64,000 bases of DNA from Bifidobacterium sp. (GTDB taxonomy: Bacteria; Actinomycetota; Actinomycetes; Actinomycetales; Bifidobacteriaceae), in assembly GCA_022649135.1 (NCBI GenBank), contig JALCNP010000006.1, forward strand, positions 31,379 to 95,378. The letters run 5' to 3'. The position numbers and the translations under genes are program-made. How positions within the stretch are numbered: the stretch's first letter is position 1; each line of letters starts with the position of its first letter. The notes beneath the pieces were generated by a model. The model searched no databases. It was not told the origin of the DNA and was given only the letters and a program-made list of their open reading frames with translations. Shown piece after piece: positions 29,999-39,355 of this stretch.

Positions 29999-30432
29999 GA
30001 TTCACGGCAGAGGTCGCCCGTCGCCCTGGATCATCCCCCACCCATCATGCCTGGATCACCCCTCCTGCACAGGAGAGACGACGGATCCGGAACCGTCGGA
30101 GGACATGATCGCACATTCCCCCTGACGGCCGTATCGGTCCGCTGATTGAGGGGGAAAAGATCCCCCATCGACCTGCGATTGCGGGAAAACGATCCGACGG
30201 CACACCCCATCAGCCTCGTTGTGACGCGCGACACGCCGACGACCGCCCGATTGTGATTTTTTCAATGCGCATCAACGCTCGTGTACAACCATCCGGACGT
30301 TGGACAACTTTACCGCTTCATGCCGCAAAACAGCCTGTTCTCAGCATGTTTCAAGGATGCACGAAGCCTCCGTGAACCCGGCAGTGTGACGAAAACCGAG
30401 ATCATATTGATTCCAATAACTTAACCGATTCA

Positions 30433-30470
30433 TGTAAACGTTTGCGCAACGGTGTGCGAACTTGTATCAT
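30433..30470 (+). promoter_or_regulatory. LacI-type palindrome TGTAAACGTTTGCG overlapping a candidate promoter (-35 TTGCGC, 17 nt, -10 TATCAT) for the mannanase gene
   Basis: The AAACGTTT core palindrome lies within 30433-30446. The hexamers are at 30442-30447 and 30465-30470, about 100 nt upstream of the ATG at 30571. Confidence 0.35.
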
Positions 30471-30570
30471 CCGGAATTGGTGGCACTCCAATACGATGCA
30501 TCGAAGCTTCGTCTCACCACATAGTGATGTCACCATCCTACGAAGACACAACAAGACAGAAAGGAAACAA

Positions 30571-31785
30571 ATGCAGCACAAGAAAATAGCGGCCGCACTC
30601 GCCAGCGCGGCCATCATGGCGGCGCTCGTTCCTACATCTGCGGCACAGGCTGAGCAGACAGGGCTCAACGTGCAGGGGGGAAAGATATACTCCAACGGCC
30701 AGCAGTTCATTCCGCAAGGAATCAACGACGGCTACGCGTGGTACACGGACAAGACATCGGTTATCAGCGACATAGCTCATACCGGGGCCAACACCGTTCG
30801 CGTGGTCCTCTCCGGGGGACGCTATGGCACGACGACGACCAGTGAGGTGGAGAACATCGTCGGGCAGTGCAAGGCAAACAAACTGGTGTGCATTCTGGAG
30901 GACCACGACACCACGGGGTACGGCGACGCCTCCTCCGCCACCACCCTGTCGGACGCGGTTCGCTTCTGGCAGTCCGTCGGAAGCGCGATCAAGGGCCAGG
31001 AGCAATACGTCATGATCAACATCGGAAACGAGCCCTACGGCAACAACGATGCATCCCAATGGACGCAGGGCACCCTGGACGCGGTCAAGGCCATGAGGCA
31101 GTCAGGATTCAGCAACACCCTGGTGCTCACCGCCCCCAACTGGGGCCAGGACTGGCAGGGAATCATGCAGTCCAACGCCAAGACGATATACCAGCAGGAC
31201 TCCAACGTGGTGTTCGATGTCCATATGTATGGGGTGTACAGCACCGCCGACAAGGTGACATCCTACATCGACTCGTTCGTCAACCAGGGTCTGCCGCTTA
31301 TGGTCGGGGAATTCGGCAACAAGCATTCCGACGGCATCCCCGATGCCGCGACGATCATGAGCTACACCCGGGCCAAGGGCGTGGGTCTGCTCGCCTGGTC
31401 ATGGTGCGGCAACAGCGGCGGCGTGGAGTATCTGGATCTCGTCAACGACTGGAACCCGTCATCACTTACCGATTGGGGCAACCTGTACATCAAGGGGACC
31501 AACGGTCTGGAACAGCGGGGCGTCGAGCCGGCCGGCATCTATGGAGGCTCGTCGGACAGAAGCCCGGACGGATACCCATGGTGCACATCGAACGCATACA
31601 TCGATCCCAACGGTGACGGGTGGGGCTGGGAGAACAACCAGTCCTGCAAGGTCCGCTCCGACTCGTCGCAGTCGGGGACGCAGTACGCGCCCAACGGCTA
31701 TCCCTACTGCACGTCATCCGCCTACGCCGATTCGAACGGTGACGGATGGGGCTGGGAGAACAACCAGTCCTGCGTCGTGAGATAG
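30571..31785 (+). CDS. secreted GH5 endo-beta-1,4-mannanase with two C-terminal CBM10-like repeats
   Basis: The ATG at 30571 follows AAAGGAAA. Signal peptide MQHKKIAAALASAAIMAALVPTSAAQA. GH5 acid/base INIGNEP and nucleophile VGEFG. There are two 30-aa repeats (31567-31656 and 31693-31782) of the form GYP(W/Y)CTS.AY.D.NGDGWGWENNQSC.VR. Confidence 0.88.
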   Translation: MQHKKIAAALASAAIMAALVPTSAAQAEQTGLNVQGGKIYSNGQQFIPQGINDGYAWYTDKTSVISDIAHTGANTVRVVLSGGRYGTTTTSEVENIVGQCKANKLVCILEDHDTTGYGDASSATTLSDAVRFWQSVGSAIKGQEQYVMINIGNEPYGNNDASQWTQGTLDAVKAMRQSGFSNTLVLTAPNWGQDWQGIMQSNAKTIYQQDSNVVFDVHMYGVYSTADKVTSYIDSFVNQGLPLMVGEFGNKHSDGIPDAATIMSYTRAKGVGLLAWSWCGNSGGVEYLDLVNDWNPSSLTDWGNLYIKGTNGLEQRGVEPAGIYGGSSDRSPDGYPWCTSNAYIDPNGDGWGWENNQSCKVRSDSSQSGTQYAPNGYPYCTSSAYADSNGDGWGWENNQSCVVR

Positions 31786-31831
31786 ACACGCATCACCAAT
31801 ACGACGACCGTTCATGACGGTCATCAAGGAA

Positions 31832-31871
31832 GCAGGGCCCCCTCCATCCCCAGCGACGGAGGGGGCCCTGC
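31832..31871 (+). terminator. terminator hairpin after the mannanase gene
   Basis: Perfect 14-bp GC-rich stem: GCAGGGCCCCCTCC (31832-31845) pairs with GGAGGGGGCCCTGC (31858-31871). No U-tract. Confidence 0.5.
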
Positions 31872-31951
31872 CCACGAATCCCCCGGCCGCCAGCACCGGG
31901 CGATACATTCATGGGACATTCTCGTTCGTCGATTCGCGGGACACCCTTCCT

Positions 31952-32033
31952 CTGTCCCACCCTCGGCCCAGGGGGAGCCAGAAGCGGAGGTGGGGTAATC
32001 ATGCTGACGACTGTCCCACCCTCGGCCCAGGGG
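31952..32033. repeat. 23-bp perfect direct repeat CTGTCCCACCCTCGGCCCAGGGG, two copies
   Basis: Copies at 31952-31974 and 32011-32033, starts 59 bp apart (36-bp gap), in the mannanase/tsaD convergent spacer. Confidence 0.85.
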
Positions 32034-32094
32034 AGCACGGAGGAAGGGAACGTCCTTCTCCGGGAACGGCCCGCAGAGAACCGGACGGCATCGA

Positions 32095-33138
32095 CTACAT
32101 GCAGATCCGAGTCAACGGCATTGCGGAATCAATCGGGAAATCGGGGGCCGAGGGGCGGACGCCGGCCTGCACCAGATTCACCCCCAGCATCGCGACCATC
32201 GCTCCGTTGTCCGTGCACAGCTGCATCCGGGGAAGACGCACCTCGATGCCATGCCGTGCCCCGACCTCAACCAGTGTGTCGCGCAACTGCGAGTTCGCAC
32301 TGAACCCTCCGCCGACGATCAGCGTGTCCGAGCCGTATTCCTCGCATCCATGTATGGCCTTGTTCGCCAGAACCGTGGCCACCGAATCCGCGAGAGAGGC
32401 GCACACGTCGTCGACCGGAATCTCATCGCCAGCGTCGCGCCGGGCCTCCACCCAACGCGCCACGGCCGTTTTCACCCCGGAAAAGCTGAAGTCATAGGGG
32501 TGTTCGCGTCCCGCGTTGCCGCGGGTGAGCGCCTGCGGAACCTTCAGGGCATGGGGATTGCCCTGATGCGCATGCCGGTCGATATGGGGGCCTCCGGGAT
32601 AGGGGAAGCCCAGCAGACGCGCGATCTTGTCGAAGCACTCCCCTGCGGCATCGTCCAGCGTCGTTCCCACGACATCCACCTTGCGGGCGATGTCGTCCAC
32701 ATGCAGGAGGGACGTATGCCCTCCCGACACGATAAGAGCAAGCGTGTCTCCCGGGAAATCGCCGAACTGCAGTTGGGTGACGGCGATATGCCCGATCACA
32801 TGGTTGATGCCGTACAGGGGCTTCCCCGACGCCCAGGCCAGCGCCTTGGCCCCCGATACGCCCACGGCCAGGCATCCCGCAAGCCCGGGGCCCGCGGAAA
32901 CGGCGATGGCATCCACCTCGTCGAGAGTGAGATTCGCATCCGCCAGAGCCTTCCCGACTACGGGAACGAACGCCTCGGCGTGGGCGCGCGAGGCTATCTC
33001 GGGTATGACTCCCCCGTACCGCGCATGTTCGTTCATCGAGGATGCGACGACGTTGGACGCCAGCCGCCGCCCCTGCACGACAGCGGCGGCGGTTTCGTCA
33101 CAGGTCGATTCGATTCCCAGCACAATTGGTTCGCTCAT
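32095..33138 (-). CDS. tsaD: tRNA N6-adenosine threonylcarbamoyltransferase
   Basis: 347 aa, Kae1/TsaD family (GIESTCDETAAAV, INHVIGHI). Confidence 0.95.
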   Translation of the reverse strand: MSEPIVLGIESTCDETAAAVVQGRRLASNVVASSMNEHARYGGVIPEIASRAHAEAFVPVVGKALADANLTLDEVDAIAVSAGPGLAGCLAVGVSGAKALAWASGKPLYGINHVIGHIAVTQLQFGDFPGDTLALIVSGGHTSLLHVDDIARKVDVVGTTLDDAAGECFDKIARLLGFPYPGGPHIDRHAHQGNPHALKVPQALTRGNAGREHPYDFSFSGVKTAVARWVEARRDAGDEIPVDDVCASLADSVATVLANKAIHGCEEYGSDTLIVGGGFSANSQLRDTLVEVGARHGIEVRLPRMQLCTDNGAMVAMLGVNLVQAGVRPSAPDFPIDSAMPLTRICM

Positions 33139-33656
33139 TGTGGTCTCCCGCTCCCATCATTCGCATGGGCCGAAGTGAACCCCACCACTCTCGGGGCGAA
33201 CCGGGCCTGCATGGTATATGCGTCAATATTCTGAGGCTGATAGTATCTTTTGCGCAGGCCCAGCCTCGTGAAGCCAAACCGCCTGTACAGCGCCAGCGCG
33301 GCATCGTTGTCGACGCGGACCTCCAGCAGCATGCGCCAGGCGTTCCTTCCCCGTGCGCTCTCCATCATCGCGGCAAGCAACGCGCTGGCTATGCCAAGCC
33401 TCTGGTAGTCTTTGCCGACCGCAAGGGTCATGATCTCGGCCTCCTCCCCGTTGAACCAATAACCGGCATACCCCCGTATGGTGAATCCGTGGCCAACCTC
33501 GCTCACCACATCAAACAGGTATGTCCGGCTCGGAGCGTTGAATTCCTCGATCAGCATGGCCCGACTCCACGCACCCTCGGCGAACAGCTCGCGTTCCAGA
33601 CGCACGACCTGCTCGCAGGTCTGGGTGAGATCAAGTTCCTCAAGACGTACAAGCAT
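33135..33656 (-). CDS. rimI: ribosomal-protein-alanine N-acetyltransferase (GNAT)
   Basis: GNAT motif QRLGIASALL. I trimmed to the ATG at 33656 (TGATG overlap with the tsaB stop). It overlaps tsaD by 4 nt. Confidence 0.85.
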   Translation of the reverse strand: MLVRLEELDLTQTCEQVVRLERELFAEGAWSRAMLIEEFNAPSRTYLFDVVSEVGHGFTIRGYAGYWFNGEEAEIMTLAVGKDYQRLGIASALLAAMMESARGRNAWRMLLEVRVDNDAALALYRRFGFTRLGLRKRYYQPQNIDAYTMQARFAPRVVGFTSAHANDGSGRPQ

Positions 33657-34489
33657 CACTGAGCTTTCCGCGCGTCGCCGTGGTTGAGGACATGCTTGAG
33701 CGGGTTGGGAACGCTGACATCCGGTCTTCTCAGGTACAGCGGCCCCGCCGGGCATGTCTCTCCGGCCGCCCGGTGGCTGGCCGCGCATGCCGCGAACACG
33801 CCGATCCCATCCTCAAGCTGCATGATCGACTCGTCCCTCACCTCTCCGCACCCGTTCATCGCATGCCATGCCCGCTCATATCGTGACGAGCCCCTGCCGA
33901 GAACATGCACACGTATCGGTGCGGCTCCATCCGGCGAACCGGATCGCAGCCCCCGAGTGATCCCGTTGATCCGTCGCACGATATCGTCGGGATCGGCGAT
34001 ATCCATATCGCACAGGGGAACGCATCGGGCGGTGTCATCCGGACTGCCCTCGTAGAGGCGGAAATACAGCTGTCTGCGGCGCGCGTCATTGACGGCGAGA
34101 GTGCAGAATCGGGCCGTGTCCGCACGCTCGTCCCCATCGCGCTCCCGGGCCTGACGAATATTCATCCATCGAGCCAGCGGCTCGAGGACGTCCTGTCCCG
34201 TAAGCCTTGCCCCGGTGGCGTAGGCCAGCGCCTTGGCCGTCACGATTCCGGCGCGCAGCCCGGTAAAGGGGGCGGGCCCCGTTCCCACGACTATGTCATG
34301 GATGTCGCCGGGCCCCATCGAATGCCCCGGAGCGGCGTCCATCGCGGCGGCGATGTCGATCTGCAATCGTTCGACATGCGTGCGGGAATTCGTTTCGACG
34401 ACGGGATCGCCCCCCATCACGCCCACGGTGGAGCCATACGAAGTGTCGATGACAAGCGTGCCCGTGTCCATGTTCAGCGTGTCACTCAT
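33656..34489 (-). CDS. tsaB: tRNA threonylcarbamoyladenosine biosynthesis protein TsaB
   Basis: YeaZ-like N-terminus (LVIDTSYGSTVGV, GTGPAPFTGLRAGI). I trimmed to the ATG at 34489. It sits between tsaE and rimI. Confidence 0.85.
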   Translation of the reverse strand: MSDTLNMDTGTLVIDTSYGSTVGVMGGDPVVETNSRTHVERLQIDIAAAMDAAPGHSMGPGDIHDIVVGTGPAPFTGLRAGIVTAKALAYATGARLTGQDVLEPLARWMNIRQARERDGDERADTARFCTLAVNDARRRQLYFRLYEGSPDDTARCVPLCDMDIADPDDIVRRINGITRGLRSGSPDGAAPIRVHVLGRGSSRYERAWHAMNGCGEVRDESIMQLEDGIGVFAACAASHRAAGETCPAGPLYLRRPDVSVPNPLKHVLNHGDARKAQ

Positions 34490-35105
34490 GCGCCGGCCAT
34501 TCCCTTTCCCAGTCCTGCACCCGATCCGTCCATGACGACCCGACGGGTATGATCGTGACGATTCTAGTACCCTCACTCGTCATCATAGCGGGCGCCTCCC
34601 CGCCGATTCGACGTTCCTCCTTCGAATCCGGGCGAGGGCGGTCTATGTGGATCTCGAGGCGTTCGGGGGCGAGAACCGAGCCCATCTGCTCTCCCCACTC
34701 CATGATGACGACCGTATCCTCGCCGGGATCCTCGAGCTCCTCGTCAAGACCCAGCGCTTCCAGCTCGTCCAGCAGACGGGACGCGATATCCTGTCCGGGA
34801 GCGAATTCCTCTCCGCCGAGACGATAGGCATCCACATGCACCAGATGGGCATGGCCTCCATCGGCGAAGCGCCCATCCAACTCCCGTGCGATGGTGAAGG
34901 TGGGAGAGACAATGGGCTCGCGTACGCCGAGTCCGGCTCCGAATCCCTGGGCGAATGTCGTTTTCCCCGCCCCCAGCGGACCGGAGAGAAGAAGCACATC
35001 ACCCCCACGCACGAGAGATGCCACGCGCGCCCCCAGCACGCGCATATCCTCGCCCGTCTCGACACCGAGTGTCAGCCTATCCACGATCCGCTCCTTCTCG
35101 ACCAT
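34482..35105 (-). CDS. tsaE: tRNA threonylcarbamoyladenosine biosynthesis ATPase TsaE, with a ~60-aa C-terminal extension
   Basis: Walker A GPLGAGKTTFAQG, followed by SPTFTI and the HVDAYRL motif. Confidence 0.88.
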   Translation of the reverse strand: MVEKERIVDRLTLGVETGEDMRVLGARVASLVRGGDVLLLSGPLGAGKTTFAQGFGAGLGVREPIVSPTFTIARELDGRFADGGHAHLVHVDAYRLGGEEFAPGQDIASRLLDELEALGLDEELEDPGEDTVVIMEWGEQMGSVLAPERLEIHIDRPRPDSKEERRIGGEAPAMMTSEGTRIVTIIPVGSSWTDRVQDWEREWPAHE

Positions 35106-35307
35106 CCGTCATCATGCGAGACCCATGCTGCTCCAACCATCATGGCATGATCGCGCAACCCGGGATCACTGTACCCCCGCCTCCCTATTCTTTCTCTCGC
35201 AGCTGCCGCAAACGGCGACGCACCCCCTGTTTGATCCTGCGGCTGCCCGGCTCCGCGCCCATGAGACGACCCGCCCCGGGCCGGGCCCGCTCCCTGTGGA
35301 AATGGCC

Positions 35308-36306
35308 TCACGACCGGCGGGGCTGAGGGATGGCGTGCCCCTTGCGGCTTATCGTCTCCACACAGCGCTCAAGGGCATATACGGGGTCGCCGCCGTTCGA
35401 TTTGCACTGCTCGTCAGCCCAGGCCAGCATTCGGATGCAGCGGCCGAGTCCGGCGGAGCTCCAGCCCGGCAGCTGGCGCACGGTGTTCCTCAGAACCCAG
35501 GGATTGACCTTCGCCTGCGCCGCGGTGATGGTTCCCGATGTGATGGCGGCGGCCTTAGCCACCGTTCTGAGCTTCATGGCCAGAGCCCCGACGAGGGCGA
35601 TGGGGGCGGCGCCCTGGCCGATCGCCGACCTCATGGAGATGATCGATCCGGCCGCATCCCCCTGCATCGCCTTGTCCGCGATGAAGAACCCCGTCACCTG
35701 GGGATTGGAGGTCAGATACTGGTCGACCCGTGCCACGGGAATGGGGTCCTCGTCGAAATCGAAGCACAGCTGGCTGCACATCGCGGCCAGCTCACCCGTC
35801 CTGTCGCCGAGAACCGACACCAGCCTCTGCGCCGCGGCCGGTTCAACCCGGCGGCGTTCACGTTCAAAACATTGCATGACGAAGTTCAGTCTGGCCTCCG
35901 GCTTCTTCAGATCCGGTATCGGCTCCTTGCGCGCACCGGCCCTGACGAGTCGTTCGACCCCGGCCCTGCCCTTGTTTCCCCCCTCATGACGCGCGATGAC
36001 GATGCTGCTGGAACCCGGGTCCTTCCTGGCCTGCGCGCAAAAGTCGACCATGGAATCCAGCAGTTTGTCATCGGCAGACTGGAGGTTCGATACGGTCACG
36101 ATCGCGACGTCGCTGAGCAGTGAGGGGCCGACGGCTTCGTCAAAGGCATAGTGGTCGCTCTGCGCGGCGTCGAGTTCAATGGATTCGGCGTCGGGCCGCG
36201 ATGCGCATGCGTGATGGCGCAGGTCACGGACCTTGCGCTCGTTGAGGTAGGAATCGCCACCCATGACGATGGTGATGGGTGCGTCGGTCCGCGCAGATCT
36301 TGGCAT
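35308..36306 (-). CDS. holA: DNA polymerase III subunit delta
   Basis: 332 aa. It sits immediately downstream of comEC, as is conserved in Gram-positives, and has a delta-like N-terminus (ITIVMGGDSYL). The family call rests mainly on synteny and size. Confidence 0.75.
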   Translation of the reverse strand: MPRSARTDAPITIVMGGDSYLNERKVRDLRHHACASRPDAESIELDAAQSDHYAFDEAVGPSLLSDVAIVTVSNLQSADDKLLDSMVDFCAQARKDPGSSSIVIARHEGGNKGRAGVERLVRAGARKEPIPDLKKPEARLNFVMQCFERERRRVEPAAAQRLVSVLGDRTGELAAMCSQLCFDFDEDPIPVARVDQYLTSNPQVTGFFIADKAMQGDAAGSIISMRSAIGQGAAPIALVGALAMKLRTVAKAAAITSGTITAAQAKVNPWVLRNTVRQLPGWSSAGLGRCIRMLAWADEQCKSNGGDPVYALERCVETISRKGHAIPQPRRS

Positions 36307-36343
36307 GGCTTCAATGTCTCCTTATCATTGGACATTATCCCGC

Positions 36344-38149
36344 CTACAGCCTACCCCATGGACGAGCGAACACATCCAGCGTCTCCCTCCACCACAATGC
36401 CTGGCCGGCGGCGATCCGGGACAGCGGTGAGGGATGATGGCACTCCCCCGACAGCGTGGCAATCGGCTGGCGCCGCCGGATGCGGGAGACGACGATCACC
36501 GGGGCGATCGCCGCCGCCTGCATGGCGACGACGATGACCATTCCCCCCGGCGAGCCCGCCATGGGAACGGGAAGGACATGGCCCGAACCGAAAAGGTCCG
36601 CACACCACTTCATGACCGCGGTGCCGCAGGAGGCGATCCAGCAGGCGACGAACCCCGCCTGCTCGCTGAGGGGCGAGACCAGAAGCGCGACCAGACCCGC
36701 GACGGTCGCGCATCCCACGAAGGGTGCGACGACCATGTTGGCCGGCACGGACGCCAGAGGCAGCCCGTCATCGATCAGCGCCTGCAGGGGAGCCGTGAAG
36801 AGCTGGGCGGCGCACGTCGCGCTGACGACGGCGGCAAGAGGGCGGGGTATGAACAGGGGAAGCCGGGAACGTATCATCGCGGAGCACAGGACTATTCCGA
36901 GAACTGCGGAACAGGACAGGGCGAATCCAAGACTCCTGGACATTCCCGGAGCGACCAGGAGCACCATGATGACGCTCCAGCACAGCGCGCTGAGGGGCTG
37001 GGGACGTCTCCCGACGAAAAGAGCGGATGCATTCAGCAGGCCGGTGACGAGCGCCCGTACCACGGAATCCGAGGGGTACATCGCGCCGGCGAGAGCGATC
37101 TGCGCGCCGGCCACGGCGATCGAGCATATGCGTCGGGAGGCGTGCATCCGCGAGAGCGCACGTTTCACCATACCTGCCACAAGAACGAAATGGCCGCCGG
37201 ATACGGCCATGAGATGCATGATTCCGCTGTGCGAGAATCTGCGCTCCAGGAGGATGGCATAGGTGTCATCAACCGGTTCCCGCGTCCGCTCCCCCACTAT
37301 CTCCTGTCCCAGAACCCCCACGGTCAGTCCGGGGACGAGTACGCGCCCCTGGTCGGAAAGCCTGTCGGTCGCACGGAAGAACGACGACTGCATTGCGTGC
37401 ACTGCACGTCGAATCGGGTGCGGCGGCCGTCGGACCGTGACGGCATCGGTGCGTGCACCCACCACCCACAACGGAGTCGGGCCGAAACGCGCCTGTCGCA
37501 GAACTCCCGAGGCCTTCACCATGGATCCTCTCTCCAGGCGCGAGCACATCGCCTCCGAGACGAACATCCGCGCCCGGGCTCCGCTGGGAACCGTCAGAGA
37601 CCGATAGGTGAGACTGCGAATGGAGATGTCGCTCTGGCACGCGGCCTGTCGAATGTCGCTCGTGGTGCCCGGCGTGCGGATCACGGCGGTGATCTCGACC
37701 TGTGCCGCATGCTCTCGCGCCAAGGACCATGCGGGGTCATGCCATTGAGCACCATCCGAGGCCAATGACGACAGCAGTCCCGAGGAGGCCGCGAATGCGC
37801 AGACGCCGAGCATCATCCCCCATGCCCCGAACCAGACGGATATCCGTCGCCACATGGACCGATGGCGACGCAGCAGTGCGATGGACGACAGGAGGAGAAC
37901 CACGACGCACGCGAGGGCCATCGAGCCGACGACCATGCCTGTGCGAAGCGCGTCGCCGATGAACGCATCCTTCGCGGCCATGCGCAAGACCGTGTCCGAC
38001 CTCTCCCCCGCTGCGGACGTCCCGGCCGGACGCCGAGCATGGATACGCACGAACAGATCGTGGGAGACGAGGCAGGATATCCAAAGGATCAAGGCCACCG
38101 GAAGCATCCTTCGGTCGTCGCCCCCGTTTTCCGTCGATGGGCGATTCAT
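36344..38149 (-). CDS. comEC: ComEC/Rec2 family competence membrane protein
   Basis: Polytopic membrane protein with the ComEC core (SGIMHLMAVSGGHF). I trimmed to the ATG at 38149, which overlaps the comEA stop (ATGA). Confidence 0.85.
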   Translation of the reverse strand: MNRPSTENGGDDRRMLPVALILWISCLVSHDLFVRIHARRPAGTSAAGERSDTVLRMAAKDAFIGDALRTGMVVGSMALACVVVLLLSSIALLRRHRSMWRRISVWFGAWGMMLGVCAFAASSGLLSSLASDGAQWHDPAWSLAREHAAQVEITAVIRTPGTTSDIRQAACQSDISIRSLTYRSLTVPSGARARMFVSEAMCSRLERGSMVKASGVLRQARFGPTPLWVVGARTDAVTVRRPPHPIRRAVHAMQSSFFRATDRLSDQGRVLVPGLTVGVLGQEIVGERTREPVDDTYAILLERRFSHSGIMHLMAVSGGHFVLVAGMVKRALSRMHASRRICSIAVAGAQIALAGAMYPSDSVVRALVTGLLNASALFVGRRPQPLSALCWSVIMVLLVAPGMSRSLGFALSCSAVLGIVLCSAMIRSRLPLFIPRPLAAVVSATCAAQLFTAPLQALIDDGLPLASVPANMVVAPFVGCATVAGLVALLVSPLSEQAGFVACWIASCGTAVMKWCADLFGSGHVLPVPMAGSPGGMVIVVAMQAAAIAPVIVVSRIRRRQPIATLSGECHHPSPLSRIAAGQALWWRETLDVFARPWGRL

Positions 38150-39081
38150 GACACCCCCACTGCCGATCGCAGCTTGTCCAGCGTTTTGACGCCGATTCCG
38201 GACACCTCGAGAAGCTGGTCGACGCTGCTGAATCGACGAACGGACGTGCGATAGTCGATGATCTTTCGGGCGGTGACGGGTCCGATCCCCCTGACCGTCT
38301 CCAACTCGGAGGCGCTTGCCGTATTGAGATCCACCCATGGGGGGACGCCGGCCGCAGAGGGGTTCTCCGTTGCCTCCCGCCCACGTCCCGACGCACTCCC
38401 CGCCACTTCGGCGGACTGCGGGTCCTGACCGGAACCGGCGCGATCGGATGGTTGGCCGCTCCCGGGGAGGGCCGGGGATTCATCCGCAGATGCCGCATTC
38501 TGGCGCGATCCCGACTCGGCCGTCGCAGAGGAGGACGCCTCCGAGCCCGCCGTGGCCCGGCCTGACATCGACGGGGAGGACGATGCGGCCGCGGCGGCAT
38601 AGTTCAGGGACTGCCGGATGAGAAGCGTGATGCTGGCGCTCAAGATCACCAGGAGCAGAAGAATGACACCGGCGGCGTGAAGGGGACCGAATGAAACCCG
38701 GGCACGGCCACGCGAATCGCGCTGCCACAACCGGGATGGATCGACCTGCCGGGGGATGCGGATCAGATCGCCGGCCAGGGAAGCCCGGCCGCCCTCCACA
38801 GACCGTTCCTCATGGGGAGCGTCGCCCGGCACGGCCCCGGCGATCGAGGAAAGCCTCGCGACGGCGTCGGCCGCACCGGCGACACGTGCGCAACGGGCCC
38901 CCGGAACAGAGGGATGACGATCGACGCAGGATTCCCCCATCGCCGGGGGCAGACGACTCGAATCCGAGGGGACGGCGAGAATACGCGCGGAAGACGCGGC
39001 GCGTGACGATACTGAAGCGTTCATGCCTCCCATGGTGCGCGACGTGTGTCCACTCATCAACAGGCACTCGTACCTGTGCAT
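38146..39081 (-). CDS. comEA: ComEA family DNA-binding protein (helix-hairpin-helix)
   Basis: C-terminal VDLNTASASELETVRGIGPVTARKIIDYR...LLEVSGIGVKTLDKL. One TM segment. The linker is long and low-complexity. Confidence 0.85.
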   Translation of the reverse strand: MHRYECLLMSGHTSRTMGGMNASVSSRAASSARILAVPSDSSRLPPAMGESCVDRHPSVPGARCARVAGAADAVARLSSIAGAVPGDAPHEERSVEGGRASLAGDLIRIPRQVDPSRLWQRDSRGRARVSFGPLHAAGVILLLLVILSASITLLIRQSLNYAAAAASSSPSMSGRATAGSEASSSATAESGSRQNAASADESPALPGSGQPSDRAGSGQDPQSAEVAGSASGRGREATENPSAAGVPPWVDLNTASASELETVRGIGPVTARKIIDYRTSVRRFSSVDQLLEVSGIGVKTLDKLRSAVGVS

Positions 39082-39355
39082 AAACGACGACCGGGGGCGT
39101 GTCGTCCGGAATTCCCCCGCACCCCCTGCAGCCGTGACCCGATCTCATGATGCGATCACAACGACACGATCGCCACGCCACCGGCACCGGTCCGCGCCAC
39201 GGCTCTCCACCTGATGGACGGCGTGGGCGACATCAGATCATACCGGGCTCGGGACGACCAAGCCCGGAAGCCGGTGACGCCGTCGTGCAATCCCTATTCC
39301 TGGAGGGACGATCCAGCTGGCTCTGCACGGCGATCAGGTCGCGGTTGCGCAATCC

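Noticed and set aside
31952-32033. CRISPR-like arrangement of direct repeats, checked here and at the 28639/28700 repeats.
   Set aside because: There are only two copies in each case, the repeats are 12-23 nt, there are no cas genes and no regular array.
29925-32094. An integrated mobile element at tRNA-Asn, looked for as a duplicated tRNA 3' end (att repeat), an integrase or a transposase.
   Set aside because: No copy of the tRNA-Asn 3' segment is visible downstream of the mannanase, and there is no integrase-like or transposase-like ORF. Only compositional and contextual hints of horizontal origin remain.
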